Source of the DNA: an uncultured bacterium | GTDB taxonomy: Bacteria > Verrucomicrobiota > Verrucomicrobiia > Limisphaerales > UBA8199 | Direction: 5' to 3' | NCBI GenBank assembly: GCA_963749495.1 | Contig: CAVVMW010000023.1 | Coordinates: 224,001-288,000 of the forward strand | Length of the DNA stretch: 64,000 nucleotides | Shown here: one piece after another, positions 63,466 through 64,000 of the stretch | How positions within the stretch are numbered: the stretch's first letter is position 1 | Layout of the letters: the number at the start of each line of letters is the position of its first letter | Notes under the pieces: model-generated | Told to the model about the DNA's origin: nothing | The model's database searches: none | What the model saw: the letters and a program-made list of their open reading frames with translations, nothing else | Program-made: the position numbers and the translations under genes

Positions 63466-63956
63466 ACGCGCGAGGATGGAAGAGGGCGGTCGGTGGCAGG
63501 CGGGGCCTGTTTTTACCGCTGCTATTCTTCATTATTCTTCATTCATCCCTCTGCCCTCGGGCTTTTGGGCAACGCTACTCCATTGACTGGTACAAAATCT
63601 CCAGCGGCGGCGGCGCCAGCGCCAACGGCCGGTATTCTGTCAGCGGCACCGTCGGCCAGCCGGATGCCGGAGCGAGCCTGGGTGGTGGCAGTTATTCGCT
63701 GACGGGCGGCTTCTGGAGCCTCATTTCCGTGGTGCAAACCGTCGGCGCGCCATCCTTGACCGTCACGCATTCGGGCAACAACGTCGTTATTTCGTGGCCA
63801 TCGCCCTCGACGGGCTTTGTGTTGCAGCAGAATCAAAATCCGGCGGCGGGAAGCTGGTCGCCAGCCAACGGCTTCACCGTTTCCGACAACGGCACGAACA
63901 AGAGCATTACCATCACATCCCGGACAAGAAATGTGTTCTTCCGATTGAAGCGATGA
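63462..63956 (+). CDS. Small secreted partner protein of FTYQG-domain proteins, with a C-terminal FFRL domain
   Basis: YSIDWYKISSGGGASANGRYSVSGTVGQPDAG...YSLTGGFWS, then ISWPSPSTGFVLQQN...W...NVFFRLKR. Confidence 0.85.
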   Translation: MNARGWKRAVGGRRGLFLPLLFFIILHSSLCPRAFGQRYSIDWYKISSGGGASANGRYSVSGTVGQPDAGASLGGGSYSLTGGFWSLISVVQTVGAPSLTVTHSGNNVVISWPSPSTGFVLQQNQNPAAGSWSPANGFTVSDNGTNKSITITSRTRNVFFRLKR

Positions 63957-64000
63957 AAGGTCCAGTCCGAAAATCCTGCAATAATTCATTGACCAAACTG

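Overview
GC-rich bacterial accessory region, most likely Verrucomicrobiota (Pedosphaerales/Limisphaerales-like). This is inferred from a PEP-CTERM protein, secreted proteins ending in F[YF]R[AL], an ASPIC/UnbV-type gene and a TYQG-type fibre gene pair. It contains tRNA-Lys(CTT) beside the decayed remains of an integrated element. Secreted or carbohydrate-active genes include a LamG/PA14-like protein, GH26, two other GH-like TIM barrels, an M23-PKD peptidase, PQQ-type propellers and a C45 hydrolase. Larger systems are a ~4100-aa Gly-rich-repeat/beta-helix/RHS/Kelch protein, an ABC-ATPase + TOPRIM-like pair, and a coupled ATPase + ATPase-wHTH-TPR pair with operator-like repeats. The window also has many REP-like palindromes, two copies of a ~205-bp MITE carrying a REP doublet, and numerous gene remnants. 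The most striking locus is at 54.2-64 kb: a sigma-28-type promoter and a flagellin N-terminal remnant lead directly into an intact 2699-aa secreted fibre-like protein with ~43 modular repeats. That protein appears to have a swapped, lower-GC, phage-like C-terminus, and a scar of the probable original C-terminus is still coupled to its partner gene. About ten single-base frameshifts split otherwise intact genes and are probably long-read errors. All family assignments are by-eye motif recognition, not database searches.
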